This document shows positions 1 to 12,533 of a DNA stretch of 64,000 bases, piece after piece. Source of the stretch: Lama glama (Eukaryota). Made by a program: the position numbers and the translations under genes. Position 1 is the stretch's first letter; every line of letters begins with the position of its first letter. The notes under the pieces were generated by a model, which was given only the letters and a program-made list of their open reading frames with translations, ran no database searches and was not told the DNA's origin. Location: contig CM052816.1 of the NCBI GenBank assembly GCA_028534125.1, forward strand, positions 45,758,001-45,822,000, written 5' to 3'.

Positions 1-334
1 GTTGCAGAAAATATTGCAATATGTCAAGTGATTTAAGTTGTCAGAAAAGATCAGAGATTAGTTCAGTTACTGAGTTTTGTGCTTAGTTTTCTTTTTTTGC
101 CAGATAATACTGAAAACAGAGGTTAGCTATTACTCTTACTTTAATTCTGTCTTCTTGATTGAAATTGACATTTTTATGTGGACCACAAAACATACAAAAT
201 ATAGACATATTCTTCTCAAAAGATTTCCCAAATAAAATTCAGATCATACACCTCTCTGATGCTGGCAGTGGAGGATCTGTACTGATTTCTTATAGGATAT
301 AGTTTTAGTAACATCTCTTCATGCTGCTGGAATA

Positions 335-720
335 TATTTATTTAATAAATATTTTTGAAGAGTCTACTACATGCTAGATACTCTCTTGGTGGTCAGGATA
401 CATTATTGAATAAAAAGATTAGAATCTCTGCCCTAGAATTTACATTTTTAGTAGGAGAAACCAGACAATAAATAGACAAATAGTGAGTAAATTATATTGT
501 GTTAGGAAGTAATAAGTACTATGGATAAAAGAAAAAGTAGAACAAGGTCAGGAAGATGAGGTTATAATTTTAAATTCAGGCTAGTCTTCACTGAGATGAC
601 ATTGGGGAAAAAACCTTGAAGAAGGTAAGGAATAAAAGCTATGAAGGTATGTGGGATAAGAATGTCCCAGAAAAAGAGAGTAGTCCATGCAAATGTGTAT
701 TAGAGAAACAGCAGGGATCC
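335..720 (-). mobile_element. LINE-2 (L2) 3' fragment
   Basis: ttaataaatatttttgaagagtctactacatgctagata...ctctgccctagaatttacatttttagtaggagaaaccagacaataaa resembles the reverse complement of the L2 3' end. Confidence 0.75.
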
Positions 721-784
721 AAGTGTTTCACTGTGTCCAGATAGCCTTGTCAGCATTCTGATGGGGGAGAAGTCAGAACTCTTT

Positions 785-1310
785 GCTTCAGTCAGTAAGT
801 ACCTAGTAATGTCTGCTTAGCACTGAACATTTTGCTAGAATTTTAGGAAGATTAACGTACTTCCTGACCTCTCAGAGCTTACACTCTATTAGGGAAGGTA
901 TACATTAAACACATAAAATCTTAGTTGTAACTGTGAAGAGTTTTCTCAAGTATAAGGATACCAAAGAATAGTAAAAAAGTAGAATTTAACTTAACCTGTC
1001 ACTCAACATTGATTGTCTTAAGGAAATGACTTTCTGGTGAGATGTGAAGAAAGAAGATAAGTGAGCGGGGCCAAGGAATGAGTGTCACTTCCAATGTAGA
1101 GGAATTAGCCTGTGCAGTAGGGACTGAAGCAGGAAGGAGGCCAGCAAGTTTATGAAATTAGAAAAAGATCAGTGTGTTTTGGGCATGGGAAATAAGATAG
1201 GTAACTTGAGTTGAGGCATACGGATACTTAGACCATATTAAAGAGTTTGGATTATATCCACCAGGCCAAATGAAGTCGTTGAATGAGTTGCATGGAGGTG
1301 TTGGCAATAT
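785..1310 (-). mobile_element. LINE-2 fragment
   Basis: cttcctgacctctcagagcttacactctattagggaagg and gaccatattaaagagtttggattatatcc are typical antisense L2 motifs. Confidence 0.6.
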
Positions 1311-1324
1311 AGAAATGAGAGCTA

Positions 1325-1440
1325 AGTGAGAATCAGCAGAACTGGGTTCTAGTGTGGGCTGTAGTACTAACTTGCTGTGTGAATTGAGTAAGTAAGTAAA
1401 CAAACAAACAAACAAACAAAAACCTGGGCCTCAATTATTT
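1325..1440 (+). mobile_element. MIR SINE fragment containing an (AAAC)n tract
   Basis: gaactgggttctagt...actaacttgctgtgtgaattgagtaagt...ctgggcctcaatt resembles the MIR core; (aaac)n at ~1397-1420. Confidence 0.6.
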
Positions 1441-1539
1441 TATCTATTTATTTATATCCATATCTATGTCTATAGCTATATCATCTTCCATGTTCCTTTC
1501 CATATCTGTATCTATTTGTTAGATTACTTTGTGGGATAG

Positions 1540-1816
1540 TGTAATAGGTTGAATTGTATCCCCCAAAAAGGTATGTTGAAGTCATAACCCCCCTGTACCT
1601 CAGAATGTGATCTTGGTTTTGAGGCGAGGTCTTGGCAGATGTAACTGGTTAAGATGAGGTCATACTGGAGTATTGTGAGCCCTTAATCCAATATGACTGT
1701 TGTCCCTTTCAAGGAGGAGGAGATTTAGAGGCACACAGAAGGAAGACAGTCATGTGAAGATACTATCAGAGATTGGAGTAATGCTGCTACAGACCACGAA
1801 GTGCAGGGCTTACCAG
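1540..1816 (+). mobile_element. MaLR LTR 5' part (MLT1B/C-like)
   Basis: Starts tgtaataggttgaattgtatcccccaaaa; contains gttaagatgaggtcatactggag and cttaatccaatatgactg, all MLT1 hallmarks. Confidence 0.85.
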
Positions 1817-1925
1817 TTTAATTTCATCTGCAAAGTTCCGGTTTCCAAATAAGGTTATATTCATAGGTACCAGAGACTGGGACTTGAACCTATCGTTTTT
1901 AGGGGAAACAGTTCAACCCATTATA
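1817..1925 (-). mobile_element. MaLR LTR 5' part in opposite orientation (MLT1-like)
   Basis: Reverse complement reads tataatgggttgaactgtttcccctaaaa...ggtacctatgaatataaccttatttggaaac...tttgcagatgaaattaaa, an MLT1 5' end. Confidence 0.8.
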
Positions 1926-1984
1926 CCACCTACTATACCTATTCTCTAAAGAACTGCCTGTACTAACAGTTTTGAATTTCTTAC

Positions 1985-3275
1985 CATCCTATTTAATCCT
2001 GGATAACTTGGTTTCTATTTCCACCACTCTAAACTAGCTGCCATGACAAAAAGTCACCAATGATCCTCTAATTGCCAAACTCTTTAGATAATTTTTAATC
2101 TTCATCACACTTGACCTATAAGGAACATTTGAATCTGTTGGCTGCTTTTCTTCTTAACACTTCCTCATCCTTTAGTTTCAAGCCTACATTAAAATTTTTC
2201 TTATTTCTCTGAGTTTTTGATTTTCTTTGTGATACTGTCTTCCTCTACCCGCCCTTTAAGCACTGGTTTCCCTATTCAATCCCTAGAGCCTGATGCACTT
2301 TTTTCGTTAATTCATCCATCCCTGTAGGTGTCTTTACTCACTGAGTACAAGCTGATGACTGTCAAATTTGCACCTCTGGCCAGGGCCAACTTAAGCTCAA
2401 GTTTGCAGTATTGAAATGCCTTTGGGATATCTCTGTTTAACATATCCCAAACTGAACTCATTGTCTCTATCTCCTAACCTATTTTGGTTACTCTATTCTT
2501 TGTCTAGTGAAACCATCGCACTTGTACCATTCATCTGAATCAGATACCTGGAAGTTTAATTAGATCCCCCTGCCACTGTTTTTCTTTACAGTTGATTAGT
2601 CACCAATCCTTATTCTTTTTCACCTCAGCTGCAGTAGCATTGGTTCTTAGAACATTGCTAGGCCTCCCATTCCCAGCTTTCTACTTTCTCAAGCTACTCT
2701 GCACTTCAGAGTGACCTTCCTTAACAGGAACCTTAAGATGTAAATCTTCTGCTTAACCCCTTGAATTATCTTTTGCTGTTTAGAGGATAAAGTGCAAACT
2801 TCTTAGCCATGGTATCCATATCAGCCTTCTGCCTATAGCCTAGCCCGTTTTTCATCTGTCAGCCCCTAGATGATGCTTTATCCACACCCCAATGGCTGCT
2901 ATTCTCCAAACATACCAGGTAATTTTCTCAGCATGCTGGCTTTACTCAACTCTGTGCTGATTAATAAAAGCCCCCTTCCTCAATGTGCCTGGATGAACAT
3001 CCTTCATCTTCCTTCAAATCTAACTTCTAGCATTATATTTTTCTACGTGCTTTTTCTGATTGTCCCCATTCCCCTCTCAAATAAATTGCCTTCTCTCCTT
3101 TGGGATGTTCTATCTTATCATCTATGACACTTCATGGATTTAATGTGTGTGCATCTGTTTTCCCTTCCACGCTGCAAATATCTTGAGGGCAGGGACTATC
3201 TCTATTGATTTTTTTATTCCCAGGACCTAGAACAGTGCCTTCCCATAACTAATGCTTAATGAATGCTTTTTGAAG
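1985..3275 (+). mobile_element. LINE-2, degraded ORF2 tail and 3' end
   Basis: caccactctaaactagctg...aagtcaccaatgatcctctaattgccaaa at the start; ends cttgagggcagggactat...cccaggacctagaacagtgcct...gcttaatgaatgctttttgaa. Confidence 0.8.
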
Positions 3276-5563
3276 GCATAGCATATACAATTTACAAGTA
3301 CTTAATTTTTAAAAGGAGCATGGTAGATTTTGGGATTCTGACTTCTCTGTGCACCAAATTATTTCTCTGAGTTTATCAGAAAAAAGGCAAATCTGGAAGA
3401 CCATTCAGGAAAGAAAAATATGCAACTGAATATGACATTGCTTCATAGTGTGATAAATATTAAAATAGTGTACATTAAAATTTTTCCATAGTCTACATTT
3501 CAGTATGCTTTCTAGTTAACACTTTTACATTAAAAATTCTAAATTGATCAAAAGATCATCACTCAACCCTCAGTAGAGACCTTAGGAAGGAAAGTATTTC
3601 TTTAAGTCAGCAGTGGCTGGTGAATTAGTATCTTATTGTCTCTGATAGAAAGGAGTTAGTCACTTTTTCCATGTCATCATCCTGGAGGACAGAGGGAGGT
3701 AGTGACTGCAGGCAGTGCTTAAAGAGGGCAAGTCAGTACAGGTTCCCCCCACCGTGAGGAGGCTGCTCTCAGCTTGTTTTGAATGCTTAGTGCTTTATTA
3801 TGTTGTTTCCGGATGGCTTTCCTCCTTCCTTTTCTCACTCTTTGGGCCCCTCTTCTAGGGCTCAGTAACACAGTAGAGATGCTTTTTGACAGACAAGAGA
3901 TAATCTTACACTTGACTTCCAATATCAAGGCATTTTAACCGGCACACTTTATATTGAATAATTCATGGGTATTCAAGCTTTACTTCACTCCACAAAGAAA
4001 GTGCTTTCTCTTAGCAGCCACAGTAGATATGAGCAGCTAATTCATTATTTAAAGAGATTAAGTATTAGCAACTAGTACTGGCTCTTCTGAGCTCTCTTTA
4101 TTCCCTTTGCTCATGTTATCCCTAGTCTCTCAGCTGCCTAGAACAGTTTTTAGATTGATTTTACCATATTTAAGTCTTTTTAAAAACAGATCTACCCCAA
4201 AACCTCACTATTTTCAGACTGCTTTGTCCTATTTTAAAAACGTAAAGCAGTGTCTGTTAGAACTCTGTGAATCTCTGCAGGCTCACGGGAATACATACAA
4301 TTGCAACACTTTGCTTTCAGTTAAGAAAATGTGGCAGGTGGGAGGAATGCAAGAAATTCGAGTTTGCTCAAATTTACAGACCACTTGCTGCAATAGGCCA
4401 AGGAAAGCTTGGACATTTAAACAGTTGGTGAAAGTGGATGAATCCTCAACTTTCAAGTATTGTTACTCTGAAAGGAAAAGTCCCCATGGAGAACTGTCCT
4501 CTTTATATTTTTGGAGAAAAAGAGAGGAGGAAGGGTTTGAAATGTCTGTTTCTTTTTTGTAGACAGAACCTCAGGTTGGATCTCATTCAGCACAAATTTT
4601 CACTCTTTCATTTCCAGTTAAGAAGAGAGAGGAAAATTTGTCAAGGGGTTATGAGGTTTTACTTTCCATAGACCTTGCCAGAGGGTAACATAACAGTGCA
4701 ATCGGGTGTGAAATGGTGGAATAGTAGGAAATATTAAACTTTTAAAAAGTGACTGATTCTAAGGAAATATATTTCTAGGATATGATATGAAAGAAAACAT
4801 TGAACATGTTGTTTAAAGCAGTAATAAATGCTTTTTCTTAATTTTATATTTTAGATCAAGGTTAGCCTTTTTAGGAGTGCTTTAAAATAGATATTCCACT
4901 AGAATGATAAAATAAGTTTTTTTTTTCTACTCCATATGGCCTGAAAAACTGGATGCCTCTAAAACTAAGGAACTATTTACTTATATAGCTTTCTTTTTCC
5001 ATTTAAATTATTAAAAGGTCATGGATTGTAAATGGATTCCCTATATTTTCAGGATGTTCTTGAATTCTGGATATCTTTTATTTAGTACATAGGGAATATA
5101 TTTGTGCATACTTCATTTCTTCATAAATTTCTTGAATAAGAAAATCATAGAAGTGTATAGTAGATGATCAGTAAAAATATATTTCTTGAATAACTAAACC
5201 TTAAATAAGTCCAGATCTGGACCATACTGTAAAAATCCTTGCATTGAAAGGTAGAAAAGTAAGTCTACATCAAAGGTCAATTGCCCTTTTATTGTGTTAA
5301 AGGCAATATCTTGTGAGCTGACAGATAACAGACAGAAGTAAGACACTATCCTTACCTCATAACACCTTAGTGTCCTCACTAGCCTTAGAGCTGTCAGAAA
5401 ATAGGGAGAAAACTCACAGGAGACTAGAAGACCACCACTCTAAAAGGAAAAGTCCCCTGGGAGAACTGTTGTTTCTTGAGCTGAGATTCTATAACCTCTC
5501 CTTTGTCTAATGTGCAACAAGGAACCCAAGTTGAAGATTTTTCACGCAGAAGAGTATGTGATA

Positions 5564-5667
5564 GGGGAATGGGTGTAGCTCAGTTGCAGAGCATGTGCTT
5601 AGCATGCATGAAATCCTGGGTTCAATCTCCAGTACCTCCATTAAAATTTTTTTTAAGATATTAAAAA
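5564..5667 (+). mobile_element. tRNA-derived SINE, Vic-1-type (camelid)
   Basis: Pol III A-box tagctcagttg, B-box ggttcaatc, ccagtacctcca and A-rich tail; degenerate TSD agaagagtatgtgat (5548-5562) / agaaaagtacatgat (5668-5682). Confidence 0.85.
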
Positions 5668-5684
5668 AGAAAAGTACATGATTG

Positions 5685-5912
5685 TAAGTAGCTTGAGTTT
5701 TGAAGTTAAAATGACCTGTGTCTAAAACACAGTTCTACCATAGAGTAGCAGTTGCAACCTTGGGCAAATAGCATAATCAACCCAAGCCTCCTTTTCTATT
5801 TATAAAATGAGGTTTTTAATGCTATCTACCTCATAGGTGTAAGAATTAATGAGATGATGCCTGAAAATTGCTTAGCATAGTGCTTAGCCTGTAAGAAACA
5901 TTAAATAAACCT
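5685..5912 (+). mobile_element. MIR SINE
   Basis: accttgggcaaat...tataaaatgagg...tacctcatagg...gcttagcatagtgc...taaataaac. Confidence 0.8.
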
Positions 5913-8900
5913 ATTTTCAAAAAACTGTTTTTGGGAAATTAACCTGGCACTGACATAGAAATTTAATTTGCAATTGAGATTGCAGAAGTTTAGAAAATTG
6001 CTGCATTGTACAAAATTGGGAGCTTTATGAAATGCTATACCGTATTTGGTCCTAATTTAAATAGATATTCCAGATCAGTTGTGCCAAAAGGGAGGGAAAA
6101 CACTTTCATACTACTCTTGGACTTAATTATACACATCAAAAGAGACCTGCTCAATATGATCTAGTAGCTACTGCTTCTATTTGGGTGCTTTTACGTATCT
6201 TCTTTGAGGTAAAATATTTTAAATGAAAAAAATGTAGCTTCATTTTGCAAAGTTTTCTAGATATTTTAAAGTTTTTGTAGAAGTTTGATAGTATGTATTG
6301 ATTATTTTAAGCATTCAACTGTGATAGAGATAGGAATTGAAATTATGATTCTTGAATGGGAAAAAGGATTAGAGAATGAGGGCCCATCTATCTTAATTCC
6401 CTAGTTTAAAAAACATATTTACGAATCTGAAATTATGAGTTGAGACAGTATTGTTGGAAGCAAAATCTCTAGTCCAAGATCAGCATTTAAATTGTGAATC
6501 TCACATTTTAAGATTTACCTATCATATTAGCCATCAGCATCTTTCTTCTACTAGATTTCTTCCAGAGACATATTTTAGACAATATTACCTTTTTCTAAAC
6601 ACACACATGCATATGCACATATTTGTAAACACAAAACTTTAAAAAGTAGGCGGTCACCCCCACTTCTTCTGTGTTGATGAAATCTCAATAAAGAGAAGAC
6701 AAAATGGGGAAGACTAAATATATATATTTATAAAAAATTTATAAATCATTCTAAAACTTTATAAAAGGAAGCTATTTTTCCCCTTTGTAAGCATGCTTAC
6801 TCTAATATGGATTGAAAGTGCTGACAGCCAGTCTGGAGGAACAAATTGTATTTGGCAGTTCTCATGTGCAATTAGTGAAGGGAGACCATTCCTCAATGGT
6901 GGGGCCACCTAACAAGTGCCGAGTTGACTACCACTCACAATTATTGAATGTTGACAACGTGCCCTCCTTCAACCATGTTCTGGGACTTAACTAGGAACCA
7001 GTCCTGGAAACTGAAGAAGCTAACAGTCCCATGAAAAACCTTCAGTTGAGGGCAGACACTAAAATATTTGTGTTATTTTGAAGTGTGGGAAGTATTCTGT
7101 TGCCAGTGATAGACAAAGATCTAAAGTTTGGGAATAACACTAATTTTTCATCTGTCTAAGAGAATTCAAGGTTATTTCTGTAATGATATCACTTGCACTT
7201 ACATGTGTTCTGATATGATTTTGAGAAGAATGAGAGAATGCTGAACTGCACAGATTCAGCAGCCTCTGGTAAACCGCCATTACTGCTCGGTAGCTAATAA
7301 CTGTGTGCATAGAGTATTTCTTAAACTATGGTGTTACAGCTACTTCCATTGCCTTCTTAATTTTATCCACACATTTTTAATGAAAAGGAAGTAAAATTAG
7401 ATAAAACAAGGGTGCTTAGAGTTTTACATATATGTGTTGAGAGTGATGCTTTTTTATATAAAACTATGTTACAGTCTGTAGATTCTGTGTATTGTAATAA
7501 AAATGAATTAAATTTATTTAGGAATATCCCTTAGTATTATGTAATTGCTCAAGTTACTGAATTTGAGTAGAATTCTAGACAATTCAAAATTCATATTTAA
7601 GATATGCAGTTTAATAGTAAAGAAAATATTAGCCATATTTATTTTTCTCTATTAAAGCAATTTTTTGAGATCTTTAAAGGCATGATTTAATTCTCATGCT
7701 TAAAAAATACGTTTTAAATGCTGTGCTAATAAAAATAAGACAGTAGTATTATTGGTTAATTTTTCAGATTTTCTTTTCTCTTTTTTTTTTTTTGACAAGT
7801 CTAGTTTTGACACTGAATCGTATGCGTCTTATAAGCATCATCTGACATGTTGAATACGATAGAAAAAACCCAAATTGGGACACAGTGTCCTAGGAGATTT
7901 TAACTATAATTTTGCTCAAAATGAATGATTGTCCTGTAAATACTATTGCAACAATGCCTCAGATTGATTCAACCTTCAATATTTGGCCAGCAACAGACCT
8001 TACCTCTGATACTCTAAACCTGTCCATTTTCTGAACCTCAAATTTCCTGATTTTTGTCGCATTTAAGAATGCCCACTTCTCTGAGATACTGATATTAGGG
8101 TTGATAAACTCAATTATTGACCAATTCTTTCCAGACAGTGTAAATGACTCTTCCAAATGCTCTTTTAAAGAAAGAGTTATATTTAATGTCTAAGATTTTG
8201 ATTTATTAATTTTTATTTCAGTTGACTGCTTAATGTCTAAATTCCACATTTACAATAAACTGGAATTAGCATATACGTACTGATTGAAGAGTAGTAAGAT
8301 ATTCCAAAATTTCTACAAAGAACAGGTGTGTTTTGAAATAATGTGAGCCTATCAGGGTTGAGGAAGCTGAATGTATCTAGTACTAAACAGAACCATAAGA
8401 AAATAAAAATATATTGCTGGCCAACTTTGGTGCTAAGATTGTGAGTTTTAAAAGTTAAGTATCAAGATAGACATAATAAAACCTTAGAAATTACATTATA
8501 TTAAGATGAAAAGATGAGATAAATAAATGAATCACCTAAATTCTTGTGGTAATTTTTAATATATTACACTAATTTCCTCTCTATAGACAAAAATAATGAA
8601 TAAACTCAACAAGTTACAATTGGTTAGATTCTAGTATCTTTAGGACAACTCATCCTTATGATTATTGGTATTCTACCATTAGCCCATCAATATTTAGATG
8701 ATTTGGTTTTGAGCAGTATCTCTTTAAACAGCTTAAGAATTTTTGCAACTTTAGCTGAGAATAGTTTCAGAACAAATGGAAACCATTTTTGTTTTGATTG
8801 ATATTGTTCTTTTAAATAGAAATTCAAACCACGGATTCTAGAACACTTGGATCAAAACAAAGCAGAGTGTGGTATACTCAAATTTTGTCTACAAAGTCTA

Positions 8901-11864
8901 TGCTATTACACATTAATTCAAGTTAATGTGGATACGTTTGGGGCATTTACTGTTTAACAGTTATGTGTTAAACAATGTCTGAGAAAGCTGGATTAGAATT
9001 ACTTCAGAGTTCCATAATTTTTATGGTTCTTTTTATGTTAGTCAACTGTATTTTTTAAAAGTTAACTCTGTTATCATCCATCTTCTTGTCAGTGACAGAT
9101 AACAGACAATGTAGAATACAAGTATGCAAAATATAGTAAGCTTTGGAAAACAACACATAATTTCTGTTGTTTATCTGCCTGTCTCTCTCTCTCTCTGTCT
9201 ATCTATCTATCTGCAAAATTTGTTTTATATATTACTACTAGATAAGCAATAACAGGCCAAGATTAAAATTTGGCCATGAACCAGCTACAAGATAAATCAT
9301 TTTGCATATAGGAAATTCAAAGTGATTTCTTACGTAAGGTTGAGATACAACACATAAGGAGAATTTTGTCAGATACTAGGCAGGCATGCTACTAGAGTCC
9401 CAGGACTTAGATTACAAGAGAAGAAACAGTATGCCTTCTTGAAACATTTTATATATATGGGAATATGGCCAATGAAGGCAGATGTAAGGTAAGAAACCAT
9501 AGGTTTTAACACTTGATTTTTCTCTTTAGTTTGTTCCAGGTCCTGAGAATGACTGAATAAGTCTTGAAGTTTGCCTATTTGCAAAAGTCTGTCTGTATTG
9601 TCTGTCATCTATCCATGTATCTACCACAGAAACTTTAAATGTATACAAATATGAATTAATGGATATTGTCAGGACATACAGTATTTCATGTATATACATA
9701 AATGATTTTTCCATATAACTGAAGCGTATCCCTATGTGAACTACATTTAAATACTCAGTAATTTGAAGAAAGAATGTCTTCAGAGTAGCTTCCAGAAATG
9801 CTTCTAGAACTTCCTAAAAATAATACATAGACAATAATTATTTCCCGCTAACTCAGGGTTAGAAAAGTGCTTTGGTTCCTGATATACTGAAACTTGCAAG
9901 AGCCCTAGGAGTGTTTGTTCCTCCCTGAGGAGGTAAATTATGTTTGGTCTGTTTTGAGGGGCCCAAATGCTAGTTTTTTGGGGGAGAAGAGCAGGAATGC
10001 TTGTTTAGACCTCATGTCTAAACTTTGCTCTTAATGAGAGAAGTTGTATAGGTGGTAGGTAGGGGTAGTAGAGACAGAATAGGGTAACCGCTCCAAACTA
10101 AAAAAGTATTCATTTCCCACTCCATTGTTGTTTTTTTCATGCATGATTACTTGGCCAGAAAAACCAGAGGGAAAGGATATAAACCCTTCCTTGATCCCTG
10201 ATATATTAAACATACGTTTTGTTTGTCGATTTTGTGACATCTATTTTGGCTGCTTGGAGACTTATGAGACTCTTGTTTATATTCTTGATAGGTAAGGCTT
10301 CTTTATTGTTTTCTATAGGTAAGGCTTCTGGATATCTGATGTGTTATTCTGATTATTTTAAGAGACTAAGTGATGCTTTAAAATCTAGAAGCTTGAGCTT
10401 TATTTAGTTTGTCTGTGGAGAGAATGAGTGTTAAGTAGAATCAACTTTGTTACAGAGCTTTCTTTACCCACTCAAGTAAAATTTTGAGTTAGGAAATGAG
10501 TTGCAGACTTTCCAGAAAAGCTTAAACAAAACAATTTTCGTTGAAATTTGGGGCAAATAACTATTAGTTCTTAGACCTATAAAAAGGAAAAATACCTGAG
10601 GTCAAAGCTAAAACCTAATTCAGATCACTCGTATTAAGCTCCATTTAAGAGGCTCATAATTTTTTCATTGAAGGAAAAGCTATTTTTTTCCTGTTTCTTT
10701 ATATAAAATACTCTCCTTGTTACGGAGATTTTGTTCTTTGGTCTAGTTTTTATAGCTGCAGCCAAATTGAATTGCCATTTTTAGAGCCAAACTTGTGATT
10801 GAATAAATTGAACCATTATTACTGGAAAGAGCAAAGAATGTTTTGAAGCTCTTGAGGTGCTGAAGACATAATGTCTGCAAGCAAAAAAATCAAAACTATT
10901 TTAATGTGTAATGATATGACTGGACACTTACTGAAATTGTTTTGATCAGAGCTGAAAGAAACAAACACATGAGATTTGAGCCCTTCCGTGATGAGATAGG
11001 CAAATAGCTCACACATTGCTTTCTTAATGCTTTTGAGAAGACATTGCTTAGGACTGGGACAAGTAGGGTAGGATTTGAGCTTCTAAAACTATAGTGATTT
11101 TTTTTTACTTAGTTTAACATACTGTAATGAGAGACACAGAGGTCCTGTTTTGAATTATTAAGCTATTACTTTTGAATTTCATGTAGTTAGATATTGCAGG
11201 GTTTCCATTTAGCATTTACTAAACCACTTATAGGATTTCCTTCTGGAACTGGCAGAACTCAGCTCGGGCAGGAAGCTGATAAAGTTGTAGCCCTGGATGA
11301 GAGTAAGAAATAAAATCTCTTTGCAATCCTGTCTTCCAGGGAGGATAGATAAACAAGTCCCTTAAAAAATGTATGTCTATTGTATTACTCTTTTAGTATT
11401 CTTTTGGCTGTTTTTTCCCCCCATTACAGTGCATTTTGAGGACCTAATACCAGCTACTAAAAAGTTATGCTATACTAAAAACAGACATTTAAAACACTTA
11501 GGTAGTAGCTAGTATTCAAAATGTTATATTAATCTGAAATTAATTTCAGTCACATGAATATCTAAAGAACTGTTGAAGAATTGGTTGTATTATTTCCATT
11601 AGGCAATGTTCAAGGTGTAGGAAAGCAAACATGTAGCTACGTGCAGTTATTTCTCTGAAATACCTTTGGCTTGAAATTATTAGCCTATATCTGCCAGTTC
11701 AAATAGCTGCTTAGAGAACTCAGGATGTGAAGACATCCCTCCTCTTGTAGTATTTATTTTGTTTTAGCTTCACAGAATACAATTATTGATAGAAATATTC
11801 AGAGCTAATGTCGTACGTGAGAGACTTCTATTACACATTTATTTAGCTTCTAATAAACCTAGAG

Positions 11865-12440
11865 TAAAATTACAGAATTTTAGATTTGCAAAGAATTTCA
11901 AACTTACCTATTACAGTCATTTTTCTGCTTTTAAATAAGAGGGAGCATTCTAATCATTTGGAAAAACTGTTTATCTTTTCTTAAAAGTCTCCTGAGATAT
12001 GTACTTTGTTTCAGTAATTTCCAAACAATACATCAAGTTGTGCTGGTAGATTCTACACATGTAATGGGCCTGTGGCCATTGTAAGTCCTTACTTGTAAGC
12101 ACAGTTATGGGAGGGGATTGGGGTATGCTTGAGAGGAGCGATCTTTATCTTGCTTTTAGTCTATTGCTTTTTTGTCAGTATCTTCCCCAATGCAACCTGA
12201 TAAAACTTTAGGGAAAAGAGAAATTTTCCTTTTCTTAAGAGTAGAAAAAATTAAGAGGAGCCTTCCTTTATGTTACCACTGGGCGATTTCACTTTCTCAA
12301 AATGTTTAGACTTTATGAATTTATATAAATCCATTCTAAATTCTTTGCGCTCCAGCTGAGTCTTTTCTGGTCCTCAGAAAAGACAGGGAAGAGCTGCTCC
12401 CCATCATTCATAGCACAGCTCTCCGTGTACTTGGTGACTT
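11865..12440 (-). mobile_element. L3/CR1 LINE relic(s), possibly two pieces
   Basis: acagaattttagatttgcaaag at the left end and gtcctcagaaaagacagggaagagctgctccccatc...gtgtacttggtgact resemble antisense L3/CR1 3' sequence; highly diverged. Confidence 0.45.
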
Positions 12441-12446
12441 TTGGCT

Positions 12447-12533
12447 TGTGGTTGATCTGCTGTGACAGAAGCAATGTGTGACTCATCAGGGGCTGCTCTT
12501 GAGTCAGCAAGTGATAAGCAGCTGGATTTATCT
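12447..12533. promoter_or_regulatory. Candidate enhancer core (RUNX, AP-1, NF-E2/MARE, GATA x2, E-box)
   Basis: TGTGGTT 12447-12453, TGACTCA 12479-12485, TGAGTCAGCA 12500-12509, TGATAA 12512-12517, CAGCTG 12519-12524, TTATCT 12528-12533; motif evidence only. Confidence 0.45.

Noticed and set aside
4107..4562. 151-aa ORF, the longest non-L1 ORF
   Set aside because: Non-ATG start, no recognisable domain or exon context; length is compatible with chance
5564..5640. tRNA gene
   Set aside because: A and B boxes are present, but the A-rich tail, TSDs and three dispersed diverged copies show it is a tRNA-derived SINE
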